Virus record (IMG/VR): IMGVR_UViG_3300025141_013870
Coordinates: 54,249-118,248 of that record
Length of the DNA: 64,000 nt
From: a virus
Strand: one strand, 5' to 3'
Position numbers and translations under genes: made by a program. The notes beneath the pieces were generated by a model. It was given only the letters and a program-made list of their open reading frames with translations, made no database searches and was not told where the DNA came from. This document shows, in pieces, positions 49,413 through 59,579 of the stretch (positions are counted from its first letter, which is position 1; every line of letters begins with the position of its first letter).

Positions 49413-49868
49413 ATGAAGGTGAGCACTGTGAATTATAAAGTTGGTCAAATTGTCTATCTCCTGTCTAGAAAAGACATAAAAATATTCCCGGCACAGGTAA
49501 TAGAGGAGATAAGAAGAAAGACACTAGATAAAGAGATTATCTCTTACATACTTCGTCTTCCCAATAAAGATAGATCTGAGGTTCTTTTAGATGAAATAAA
49601 CGCTGATGTTTTTACTTCTCTTGAAGACGTTGACAGTAAAATGAAAAAGAACGCGCATGAGCAAATAAATGGATTTTTAAAGAGAGCAAAAGATATGGAA
49701 TCAATTTTTAATCCACCGGATCTTGATACAGAAGATAAAGAAAAAGAACGTTCTAGCACAGAAGATCATCAGCTTGTTTCACATGAAAACAATGATAAAT
49801 CGCTCGCTGAGGTTGATCTAGGAAATGGCATGAAAGGAAAAATTAATCTTAGTGAGCTTCCCGTATAG
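49413..49868 (+). CDS. Hypothetical protein
   Basis: 151-aa ORF, YKVGQIVY beta-rich N-terminus. Confidence 0.7.
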   Translation: MKVSTVNYKVGQIVYLLSRKDIKIFPAQVIEEIRRKTLDKEIISYILRLPNKDRSEVLLDEINADVFTSLEDVDSKMKKNAHEQINGFLKRAKDMESIFNPPDLDTEDKEKERSSTEDHQLVSHENNDKSLAEVDLGNGMKGKINLSELPV

Positions 49869-49876
49869 GAAAAAAC

Positions 49877-51665
<1,789 letters not shown>

Positions 51666-51668
51666 AAT

Positions 51669-51702
51669 CACCACCGATATTGAATAGTTATATCTGATGG
51701 TG
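51669..51702 (+). promoter_or_regulatory. Imperfect SD-occluding hairpin with late motif ATAGTTAT
   Basis: CACCA..GATAT / ATATC..TGGTG; motif at 51684-51691. Confidence 0.45.
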
Positions 51703-51707
51703 TTAAT

Positions 51708-52085
51708 ATGAACTCTAAGTCTATTTTAAAAGAATATGTGAATCTTCTTTTAGAAGTTGATGAAACTAGATTGAAACATGAACAGATGAAGATTGGTTGT
51801 CATCTTATCATGAATCCCGATGCACATGTGCCAGATACGCTTACGCGAATAAGAGCTCTTGCAACAGTCACTGTTGTAGGACAGCAACAGCCTGTCAATA
51901 GAACGTCTATGGGAAACACTATTCTTGATGTCTACGTGAAATTTCTTCCTTCGTCTGGGAGCACATATAAGAATCTCGTATCTATAGCAAAGCTTATTAA
52001 GTCATTGCCAGGAATTAGAATAGTCAAGGTAGTTTCTGTCGGTGGAAAACCAATTCTGTATAAGGGTGAACATATAGTTTTATGA
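51708..52085 (+). CDS. Hypothetical protein with LKEYVNLLLE motif
   Basis: 125-aa ORF. Confidence 0.7.
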   Translation: MNSKSILKEYVNLLLEVDETRLKHEQMKIGCHLIMNPDAHVPDTLTRIRALATVTVVGQQQPVNRTSMGNTILDVYVKFLPSSGSTYKNLVSIAKLIKSLPGIRIVKVVSVGGKPILYKGEHIVL

Positions 52086-52309
52086 CTATAAAAAAACAAA
52101 ACAGTAAAAAAGCTACGATTATAGCTGGGTATAGTGAAGATCTTTCGCTAGTCTTAAACTGGCTACGGCTTAATAAGGCGATTACGCAGGTGGGTAATAG
52201 AAGAGAACTAGAGAGAGGATTTGCAGTCAGCGTGAAAAGCAAACTAAGCAAAAAAGATCTTAATACCATGGTCAAAGATAGGTTTGGAATTTTTGCAAAA
52301 GTGATATAG
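52082..52309 (+). CDS. Hypothetical protein
   Basis: Coupled ORF. Confidence 0.6.
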   Translation: MTIKKQNSKKATIIAGYSEDLSLVLNWLRLNKAITQVGNRRELERGFAVSVKSKLSKKDLNTMVKDRFGIFAKVI

Positions 52310-52314
52310 TTTCA

Positions 52315-52342
52315 TGTAAATTTAAGCCATACGTGGTAGAAT
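52315..52342 (+). promoter_or_regulatory. Putative TGTAWW-N16-TAnnnT promoter
   Basis: TGTAAA-N16-TAGAAT. Confidence 0.55.
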
Positions 52343-52642
52343 ATGTTTATGATTTCAAATCATAGATTCACAGGGCTTAATAAAATGAACAAGATAAATA
52401 CTGATGATCTAGAAACCATGTCTGATCACGATGTTGACTACCTTTATAGACAAATTAAATCAAAAATATATCGTCTTCGAGAAATGATGAAAAAAATTAA
52501 TGATGCCTCGATGATAAGTGATATGATGTTTTTTCAGGTTGAGTATTGTTATGTGAAAAGAGAACACAATACAAGAATCGAAAGAAAGAAATCACATGAA
52601 ATTTATATGAAAAATTTACATAAGAATGAGAAACGTTTTTAA
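52343..52642 (+). CDS. Hypothetical protein
   Basis: 99-aa ORF. Confidence 0.65.
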   Translation: MFMISNHRFTGLNKMNKINTDDLETMSDHDVDYLYRQIKSKIYRLREMMKKINDASMISDMMFFQVEYCYVKREHNTRIERKKSHEIYMKNLHKNEKRF

Positions 52643-52711
52643 AATTTTCCTTTTCTTATAAAAAAATGTGATTAAATATAGATTACCAACTTAATACCAA
52701 TCAAAAGCTCA

Positions 52712-52739
52712 TGCATTTATGCCTTTTGCGTGGTATAAT
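52712..52739 (+). promoter_or_regulatory. Putative promoter of sigma gene
   Basis: TGCATT-N16-TATAAT; SD GGAG then TTG 52761. Confidence 0.5.
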
Positions 52740-52760
52740 TTATTCAATGGAGATTAAATT

Positions 52761-53516
52761 TTGAATAATTCCTTAGATCCTTATTTTAAAAACGTCGGTA
52801 GAAGAAAGCTTCTTACAAGAGAAGAAGAGGTATATCTATCACAGAAAATAGAAAAAGGAGACGAGCTAGCAAGAGCTCATATGATTGAAGCGAATCTAAG
52901 ATTAGCAATAAGTATAGCCAAAAAATATTATTATAGTGGCTGTAATATGGATGATCTTATTCAGGAATCTAATATCGGCTTGATGAAAGCAGTTGAAAAG
53001 TTTGACTGGAGGAAAGGATTCAAGTTTAGCACGTATGCAAGCTGGTGGATTAGACAATCAGTATGCAGGTACATTAGCTCTCACAAAAACACAATTAAAA
53101 TTCCTGCTCACGCTAGCAGTCTTTCATATAAAATAAAAAATCTTATTAGTGAATATGAAGATGAGTTTTCCCAAAAGCCAACAATAGAAGAGATTTCTGA
53201 AATATTGGGAGTAACTCAGAGCATGGTTAAGGATAGCTTTGACTCTATAAAATTACAATATATGGTCCAGTATGATGCTAAGATTGGAAATGATGATACC
53301 GGTAGACGTATCTTTGAGACGATTCCAGATGAGCATATCACTCTCCCAGACGATGAGCTAGATAAGAAAAAGCTATCTAATATTGTCGCATCATCTCTTT
53401 CTCGTTTAACAAAGAGAGAAGAACAGGTGATGAGATTAAGGTTTGGGCTATTCGAACTTGATGATGATAACTTTGCTGTAACTGAAGAACAGCTAAATAA
53501 TATAAAGGAGCAATAA
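52761..53516 (+). CDS. Sigma-70 family factor (RpoD-like regions 1.2-4.1, no 4.2 HTH)
   Basis: ANLRLAISIAKKY, DLIQE.NIGL.KAVEKFD, TYASWWIRQ, LTKREEQVMRLRFGL then stop. Confidence 0.9.
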   Translation: MNNSLDPYFKNVGRRKLLTREEEVYLSQKIEKGDELARAHMIEANLRLAISIAKKYYYSGCNMDDLIQESNIGLMKAVEKFDWRKGFKFSTYASWWIRQSVCRYISSHKNTIKIPAHASSLSYKIKNLISEYEDEFSQKPTIEEISEILGVTQSMVKDSFDSIKLQYMVQYDAKIGNDDTGRRIFETIPDEHITLPDDELDKKKLSNIVASSLSRLTKREEQVMRLRFGLFELDDDNFAVTEEQLNNIKEQ

Positions 53517-53519
53517 AAC

Positions 53520-53804
53520 ATGTCAATGCCAAAGGGCCACAAATCGAAGCACGGCTACGCAACTGTCTCTTCTATGGACGGGGGACTCGGGTATAGAGAA
53601 ATAGCTGAGAAGATGACTGATCTAGGTGATAAGATGAATCATTCCACTGCGAGAAATGTATTCCTAGCAGGTATGAGAAAGATAGCTAGAGACTCTTGTG
53701 TTTTTAGCGGAGTCTCACCTAATGATGAAAATCTTAAAAGGATATCTTCTGATCCCAGATTTCAATCAGGCATAATAGATATTCTTAGAGGTATTGATGT
53801 TTGA
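53520..53804 (+). CDS. HTH protein resembling sigma region 4.2
   Basis: GLGYREIAEKM..KMNHSTARNVFLAGMRKIA; own SD AAGGAG. Confidence 0.6.
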   Translation: MSMPKGHKSKHGYATVSSMDGGLGYREIAEKMTDLGDKMNHSTARNVFLAGMRKIARDSCVFSGVSPNDENLKRISSDPRFQSGIIDILRGIDV

Positions 53805-54090
53805 CAATGTCATGTCTTTATTTTTTGGTCTCTCATATGAGACAGCCATACTTGAAGCGTGCGACTGGGATGAGGAAAGAGCCGAAGACGTAGCTAAGAT
53901 CTTTAGTCACACGCTCGCCAAATGTATCACATCAGGCCTGACTAATAAAGAAGATGCACTAGAAAGAGTTCGTGAAAATCTTTATGACTCAACAAACGAG
54001 ACAGAGAGAGAAGCTTTAATAGAATTATTAAAAGAGTCATTCAGCAATATATCTTTACTTATAAATTCGAGCGATGGGTATGAAAATTGA
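53794..54090 (+). CDS. Hypothetical protein
   Basis: SD GAGGT. Confidence 0.65.
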   Translation: MMFDNVMSLFFGLSYETAILEACDWDEERAEDVAKIFSHTLAKCITSGLTNKEDALERVRENLYDSTNETEREALIELLKESFSNISLLINSSDGYEN

Positions 54091-54292
54091 CATTAAGAAA
54101 GGCAGTCTTGTCAAAAATATTAGAAGTGATGAGATAGGAATGATTGTTGAGGAGAATATGGAAATTAACGATTCACAGTATTACAAAGTATTGCTAGACG
54201 GTAAGATTGTAAGCTGGTTTAAACCAAATATTGAAACAGTTGAGAAATCTGATGAACGAACCTACAGAGATAGCAGAAGGAATCTGGCTTGA
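54074..54292 (+). CDS. Small SH3/KOW-like hypothetical protein
   Basis: KGSLVK..GMIV..YYKV pattern. Confidence 0.55.
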   Translation: MGMKIDIKKGSLVKNIRSDEIGMIVEENMEINDSQYYKVLLDGKIVSWFKPNIETVEKSDERTYRDSRRNLA

Positions 54293-54500
54293 TATCGTAA
54301 CAAATACGGTTATAGTTGGAATAAATGAGAAGATAACTATTTCATTTGAAGTGCCAGAGTTTTGGGACTTTTGTGAGATGATATCTGATGCACAGACAGA
54401 GATTAAAAATAATAAGGATTTTGTCATAGGGACGTATGACGATGAAGGTATCACAAAGACTCAGCTGTTTTTAAAGTCTGATACAGGTGATGTTAATTAA
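54252..54500 (+). CDS. Hypothetical protein
   Basis: Coupled ORF. Confidence 0.65.
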   Translation: MNEPTEIAEGIWLDIVTNTVIVGINEKITISFEVPEFWDFCEMISDAQTEIKNNKDFVIGTYDDEGITKTQLFLKSDTGDVN

Positions 54501-54513
54501 TAAAGGCATGTGA

Positions 54514-55011
54514 ATGGAAATTGTAAAGTGGCCCAGCAATATATTGATGAAAAAGTCTGACATCGTTAGTGATGTCAAAGATGTTCATGATGTATTTGAC
54601 GAGATGAAGATTCTTATGAGATCTAATAACGGTATAGGATTAGCTGCTCCTCAGGTGGGCATCTCAAAAAGATTCTTTATTCTTGATGAATCTATTCTAG
54701 CAGATGTTGACAAAAGAGATAAGACATGTGATGTCTTGGTCATGGTCAATCCTGAGATAGTTGACGGTTTAGGAGAGATTGTTGTTGAAGAGGGGTGTCT
54801 ATCTATTCTGGGAGAGACGTTTAGTGTTCAACGAGCTCCCTGGATTTTAGTGAGATTTACAGATGAGAACGGAGATAATCACGAGAAAGGGTTTTCTGGA
54901 TTGACAGCGATAGCAATTCAGCATGAGTGTGATCATCTAGATGGTAGGATTCTCGTTGAGAGAGCTACACTTGAAAGAAGAAATGAAATTAGAGAGAGGT
55001 TAACAGCTTAA
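54514..55011 (+). CDS. def: Peptide deformylase
   Basis: GIGLAAPQVG, EEGCLS, QHECDHLDG. Confidence 0.95.
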   Translation: MEIVKWPSNILMKKSDIVSDVKDVHDVFDEMKILMRSNNGIGLAAPQVGISKRFFILDESILADVDKRDKTCDVLVMVNPEIVDGLGEIVVEEGCLSILGETFSVQRAPWILVRFTDENGDNHEKGFSGLTAIAIQHECDHLDGRILVERATLERRNEIRERLTA

Positions 55012-55049
55012 TTCGTGAGAATTAGAATGGACTTAATCTATTTTATTTA

Positions 55050-55057
55050 ATAGTTAT
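55050..55057 (+). promoter_or_regulatory. Putative late promoter motif
   Basis: ATAGTTAT, SD AGGAG, GTG 55077. Confidence 0.45.
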
Positions 55058-55076
55058 TGCTGTATAGGAGATACCA

Positions 55077-55535
55077 GTGGGACTTAAGCAACAGATTGGA
55101 CCAGGTGTTAATTTCACACCAGCATACCAGGCGTCAGGAACGCCATGGGTAAGAACATACCAGGGTTCTGGAGCAAACCCAGCTATAGATGATAACGCAA
55201 TCAGAGTCACATTTCCATATGTGACAAGATGGATAATGATATCAGCTAAAGATAATGCCTTTGGACAGATTCGAATAGGGTTTTCAGAAAACGGCGTAGA
55301 CGGCACACCGAATGCTGACTATTTTCTTTTAAATCTCGCAGAGGGTACAGGGCTTGATGACGCTTCTTTTTATATGGGTCAGACTCCAAGGCTAGAGCTC
55401 AGATGTAAAGAGATATGGATTCGCGCTGAGAGCACTGGGATTCAATTTGTATCTGTCATGGCAGGTCTCACTGGAATCACAGAGGGAGCATTCCCGACTC
55501 TATCAGGTTCAGCTGGATTTGAAGGAATCGGATAG
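55077..55535 (+). CDS. Hypothetical protein, probably virion structural
   Basis: G/A/T-rich beta-type composition, late motif upstream. Confidence 0.6.
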   Translation: MGLKQQIGPGVNFTPAYQASGTPWVRTYQGSGANPAIDDNAIRVTFPYVTRWIMISAKDNAFGQIRIGFSENGVDGTPNADYFLLNLAEGTGLDDASFYMGQTPRLELRCKEIWIRAESTGIQFVSVMAGLTGITEGAFPTLSGSAGFEGIG

Positions 55536-55590
55536 GCATTAACGAAACTGAGCGTTGCATTATACTTGACATATAGATTCGAGATAAGGT

Positions 55591-55806
55591 ATGTCACGAG
55601 GCTCTTTAGTTAAATTATCAGAAACAGCTAAGATATCAATTTGTATTGATTCACCTAATGATGTTTGCGGGCTTGTTCTAGGTCTTGTAGATTTTTATGA
55701 TGTTACGGGCATACGTGATCCTAAGCCCGTGTGCTATTCTGTGTTTTTAGAGTCTGGATTGACTGAAACATTTTATGAAGAAGATTTGGAGGTGATCTGT
55801 GAGTAG
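55591..55806 (+). CDS. Small SH3-like hypothetical protein
   Basis: RGSLVK..GLVL..YSVF. Confidence 0.55.
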   Translation: MSRGSLVKLSETAKISICIDSPNDVCGLVLGLVDFYDVTGIRDPKPVCYSVFLESGLTETFYEEDLEVICE

Positions 55807-56269
55807 AAAGATAATAGCTGTTAGCGGCGGATTTGATCCTATTCACGTAGGACATGTGAGAATGATACTAGATGCTGGTACTCATGGAGACGTTATCATT
55901 ATTTTGAATACCGATGAGTGGCTTATGAGAAAGAAAGGATATACATTCATGAACTGGGAGGAGAGGGCTGAGATCCTTCGAAGCATACGTGGAGTTATGA
56001 ATGTCGTTGCTGCAAAAGATGATGATAACACTGTGTGTGAAACTTTGCGAAATCTTAAGGTTGATATTGATCTTAATACATTTGCAAATGGCGGTGATAG
56101 AGTCACGTCAAATACACCTGAGATGGATACATGCAAAGATCTAGGGATCTCATTGTTGTGGAATTGCGGAGGCGGAAAGATTCAGAGCAGTTCATCTCTT
56201 GTTGACACAAGGGTCTGGAGTAAGGATGGCATATGGAACAGATCTACAAAGAAAAAGGACAAAGAGTAG
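55799..56269 (+). CDS. Cytidylyltransferase-like (TagD/RfaE family)
   Basis: SGGFDPIHVGH, FANGGDR, KIQSSS. Confidence 0.88.
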   Translation: MSRKIIAVSGGFDPIHVGHVRMILDAGTHGDVIIILNTDEWLMRKKGYTFMNWEERAEILRSIRGVMNVVAAKDDDNTVCETLRNLKVDIDLNTFANGGDRVTSNTPEMDTCKDLGISLLWNCGGGKIQSSSSLVDTRVWSKDGIWNRSTKKKDKE

Positions 56270-56272
56270 AGA

Positions 56273-57871
56273 ATGTGCGGCTTTTTAACTTACTTTGGTT
56301 ATGACTATGATCTTTTTCAATTGGAAGAGTCGTCTAAGAAAATAAGCTATAGAGGTCCTGATACATCATCATACAAGACAATATCGCCTAATGTTGTGAT
56401 GACATTTCACCGGCTTGCCATAATGGACACATCATCTTTAGGTGATCAGCCTTTGTTTCACCCTGAGGATGCTAGCCTATCCTTGGTGTGCAATGGTGAG
56501 ATCTATAATTATAAAACTTTAATAGATGAGCTTGGGTTTCAAATGAAATCTAATTCTGATTGTGAAGTCATTTTGCATCTTTATAAAAAATACGGTATAG
56601 AAAAAACAGTTGAGATGCTTGATGGAGTTTTTGCATTTACACTATACGATGGAAAAAAGAATATCTTATTTGCATCTAGAGATTCATTTGGTGTGAGGCC
56701 TTCGTTTATAGGATGGGATAACCGCGGTGGCGTTGCGATTGCTAGCGAGATAAAAGCTTTAGTTGATATTTGTGATAAGAGTATAATTCCCTTCCCGCCA
56801 GGATCATGGTGGGCTTCTGACGTTCCTTATGCATTTACAGGGTTTAATGTACATTTTGATAATAAATTTCAAAAGGGCGATGAAAAAGAATTTTGTAAAA
56901 ATATAAAAAATCTTCTAACTAATTCTGTTAAAAAGAGAATGATGTCTGATAGGGAGGTAGGATGCTTGTTATCTGGTGGACTAGATTCCAGCCTGATATC
57001 AGCATTAGTTGCCTCGATGACAGACGACAGAAAAAAATTAAAAACATTTTCAATTGGCATGGAAGGAAGTCCAGACTTAGATCATGCAAAAATAGTTGCA
57101 GATCACATAGGATCTGATCATCACTCAATTCAATTATCTCAACAGGAATTTCTTGATGCTATAGATGTTGTTATTTATAACATCGAATCATATGATACAA
57201 CGACAGTTAGAGCATCAGTGGGAAATTATCTAGTTTCAAAATACATTAGAGAGAACACAGATGTTAAAGTTGTATTTAATGGTGACGGAGCAGATGAGGT
57301 ATGTATGGGATATGTTTATAATAAGCATGCTCCCTCTGTAGATGATTTTTACAATGAGAACATTAAGCTAATTGATGAAATTTATATGTTTGATGTATTA
57401 CGATCAGATAGATGCGTGAGCTCTAATGGACTTGAAGCCCGCACACCATTTCTTGATAAAAAATTTGTAGAATATTATATGTCAATTCCGCCTGAGATGA
57501 AGATGTTCGGTAGCAACAAAAGACCTGAAAAATATCTTTTACGCAAGGCATTTGAAAAATCTAATCTTCTTCCTGATGAAGTTTTGTGGCGTCGCAAGTG
57601 TGCTTTTTCAGATGGTGTGAGCAGTATTGAAAATTCATGGCACAAAACGTTGCAAAAGTTTATAAATTCTCAGGTCACAGATAAAGAGTTTGAGAGAGAA
57701 AGGGCAAAGATCGAGCACTGTTCTCCTATTTTAAAAGAAAGTTACTATTATAGGAAGGTTTTTAAGACGTTTTTTGGAGATAATTCTCATATTATTCCTC
57801 ACTTTTGGATGCCAAATTGGTCAGATACAGTTGATCCTTCTGCTAGAGAGTTATCTGGATATAAAGAATAG
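56273..57871 (+). CDS. asnB: Asparagine synthase (glutamine-hydrolysing)
   Basis: N-terminal MCG, RGPD, CNGEIYN, LSGGLDSS, GDGADE, LEARTPFLD. Confidence 0.93.
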   Translation: MCGFLTYFGYDYDLFQLEESSKKISYRGPDTSSYKTISPNVVMTFHRLAIMDTSSLGDQPLFHPEDASLSLVCNGEIYNYKTLIDELGFQMKSNSDCEVILHLYKKYGIEKTVEMLDGVFAFTLYDGKKNILFASRDSFGVRPSFIGWDNRGGVAIASEIKALVDICDKSIIPFPPGSWWASDVPYAFTGFNVHFDNKFQKGDEKEFCKNIKNLLTNSVKKRMMSDREVGCLLSGGLDSSLISALVASMTDDRKKLKTFSIGMEGSPDLDHAKIVADHIGSDHHSIQLSQQEFLDAIDVVIYNIESYDTTTVRASVGNYLVSKYIRENTDVKVVFNGDGADEVCMGYVYNKHAPSVDDFYNENIKLIDEIYMFDVLRSDRCVSSNGLEARTPFLDKKFVEYYMSIPPEMKMFGSNKRPEKYLLRKAFEKSNLLPDEVLWRRKCAFSDGVSSIENSWHKTLQKFINSQVTDKEFERERAKIEHCSPILKESYYYRKVFKTFFGDNSHIIPHFWMPNWSDTVDPSARELSGYKE

Positions 57872-57874
57872 ATT

Positions 57875-58168
57875 ATGATAAAAGCAGTGCGGAATAATAT
57901 AAAGCACAAGATATTATTTTGGAAGATTCCTAATCTAAAAGATCTATTCATTAAATACGGATTACCCTTTTTTATAATTTTAATAGTGTGGGAGATAGTT
58001 GAAGACGTTATATTTCCAATAATATTTTTATTTTTAGGAAAAAATTACGATCCTATCTTTTATACATTTATACCAGCTTCGTGGATTATATGCCTTCATC
58101 CAATAGCTGTTCCGCTATTGTGGTCTGTATGGTGTTACTTTAGAAATAGAAAAGATAAACAAAAATGA
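57875..58168 (+). CDS. Membrane hypothetical protein
   Basis: Hydrophobic, WEIVED, CLHP. Confidence 0.65.
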   Translation: MIKAVRNNIKHKILFWKIPNLKDLFIKYGLPFFIILIVWEIVEDVIFPIIFLFLGKNYDPIFYTFIPASWIICLHPIAVPLLWSVWCYFRNRKDKQK

Positions 58169-58365
58169 GCTTAACTCTTTACAAGGTGATAGCGTGGAGA
58201 ATGGTATCTACTATAATTGGAACTTTTGTTACAATTCTATACACAGGAAACGTTAACAAAGCAGTTACTTTAGTTTTATTATTAACAGTTATTTTAACTG
58301 GAGTACACTACATTTTTGAAAGATTGTGGGAAACTCTTATCATAGGAACAAATAATGGAAAGTAA
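58165..58365 (+). CDS. Small membrane protein (DUF2061-like)
   Basis: KVIAWRMVS..HYIFERLW. Confidence 0.6.
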   Translation: MSLTLYKVIAWRMVSTIIGTFVTILYTGNVNKAVTLVLLLTVILTGVHYIFERLWETLIIGTNNGK

Positions 58366-58537
58366 TGAAGTAGAAAAGATGGTCATGCTTAGGCAATTTG
58401 TGATAGATGCATTTAATTCACTGGACGGAAAGAGTGAGCCTCTTTCAATGATTAAGCAGCAAGACGTAGCTTATACGCTATCGAGTGTGATTAAAAGCAT
58501 TGATGAACTACTTGTCGATTATGTAAAATTTGATTAA
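58355..58537 (+). CDS. Hypothetical protein
   Basis: 60 aa, coupled. Confidence 0.6.
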   Translation: MESNEVEKMVMLRQFVIDAFNSLDGKSEPLSMIKQQDVAYTLSSVIKSIDELLVDYVKFD

Positions 58538-58554
58538 TCTAGAATAAAAAACTT

Positions 58555-58579
58555 AACCCCTATATTTAATATAGGGGTT
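58555..58579 (+). promoter_or_regulatory. Perfect 25-bp palindrome containing late motif and SD
   Basis: AACCCCTATATT-T-AATATAGGGGTT; ATATTTAA at 58562; GGGG 9 nt before ATG 58587. Confidence 0.65.
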
Positions 58580-58586
58580 TACATTT

Positions 58587-59570
58587 ATGATCAGCTGGAT
58601 CAAATCTCTCCTATATGATAGGAAAGATATGAAGCATAGAGAATTTAGTTCTCATGCTAATGTAAACTTACACAGCATGATGAACAAGGGAAGATATTTG
58701 ATAATATCTTCCTTTTTTATTTTTCTAGGCTGCCAAAGCGATATAACTGTCACAAGTCAACAAGAGACAGCCGTGATTATAGATTCTGTTTTTCAGTCTG
58801 ATCAGATTGGAGAGCTTGATGTTTTAGTTGCACTAGATACATCTGGCTCAATGAGAGACAACGATGAGGCTGTGGGAACAGGTATAGAATTATTTAGAGC
58901 AGACGTGGAATCTTTAACAAATCAATATCAATTTGGATTCATCACTATGGATTCTAATTATTTGAACTATGTAGGGCCTTACGATCGTTCTTCGTCATCA
59001 ATTGATCTTATGCTTGCGCCAAGCTTGCTTCCTTCTACGTCTGGAGAGGCTGGCTTTGAAGCATCTTATATATTTTTAATGAGCGAAGATGGGCTTGATT
59101 TCCGACGCCCAGAAGCTGATTTTTTGTTATTTCTAGTATCAGATGAAGAAGAGCAAAGCTCTATAAGTGCACAGATATTTTATGAGTGGTTGCAAGAGTT
59201 TTTTCAAGATGTCAGACATGATGTAACTGTCATCACAACAACTCCTGAAGGAGACTGTAGTGATGACTGGGGCCAGGGAACGGGAATAGGATACAAATAT
59301 ATTGAGCTTTGTGATCTGTACACAAAGGATACAATTGATATTTGTGATGAAGATTGGGAGGTATGGCTTGCAGATAGCTCTTTTTTAACACAGATGATTA
59401 GCTCTGTTCATCTGAGTCAAACTCCAATCCAGGAGTCAATTATAGTATATGTTGATAGTGAGTCAATATACGGGTGGTCATATGATGAAGAATCCAATAT
59501 AGTTCATCTAGATCATACACCAAATTATGGATCTCTAATTGAGGTTGGATACAAAGTACTACTAGAGTGA
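58587..59570 (+). CDS. vWA-domain lipoprotein
   Basis: Lipobox-like FLGC; MIDAS DTSGS; VSDEEEQS. Confidence 0.75.
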   Translation: MISWIKSLLYDRKDMKHREFSSHANVNLHSMMNKGRYLIISSFFIFLGCQSDITVTSQQETAVIIDSVFQSDQIGELDVLVALDTSGSMRDNDEAVGTGIELFRADVESLTNQYQFGFITMDSNYLNYVGPYDRSSSSIDLMLAPSLLPSTSGEAGFEASYIFLMSEDGLDFRRPEADFLLFLVSDEEEQSSISAQIFYEWLQEFFQDVRHDVTVITTTPEGDCSDDWGQGTGIGYKYIELCDLYTKDTIDICDEDWEVWLADSSFLTQMISSVHLSQTPIQESIIVYVDSESIYGWSYDEESNIVHLDHTPNYGSLIEVGYKVLLE

Positions 59571-59579
59571 GGTGAGATT

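Noticed and set aside
53500-53530. Programmed frameshift or readthrough joining sigma to the HTH ORF
   Set aside because: No slippery sequence at the point where homology breaks, and the downstream ORF has its own SD and N-terminal extension; readthrough cannot be strictly excluded.
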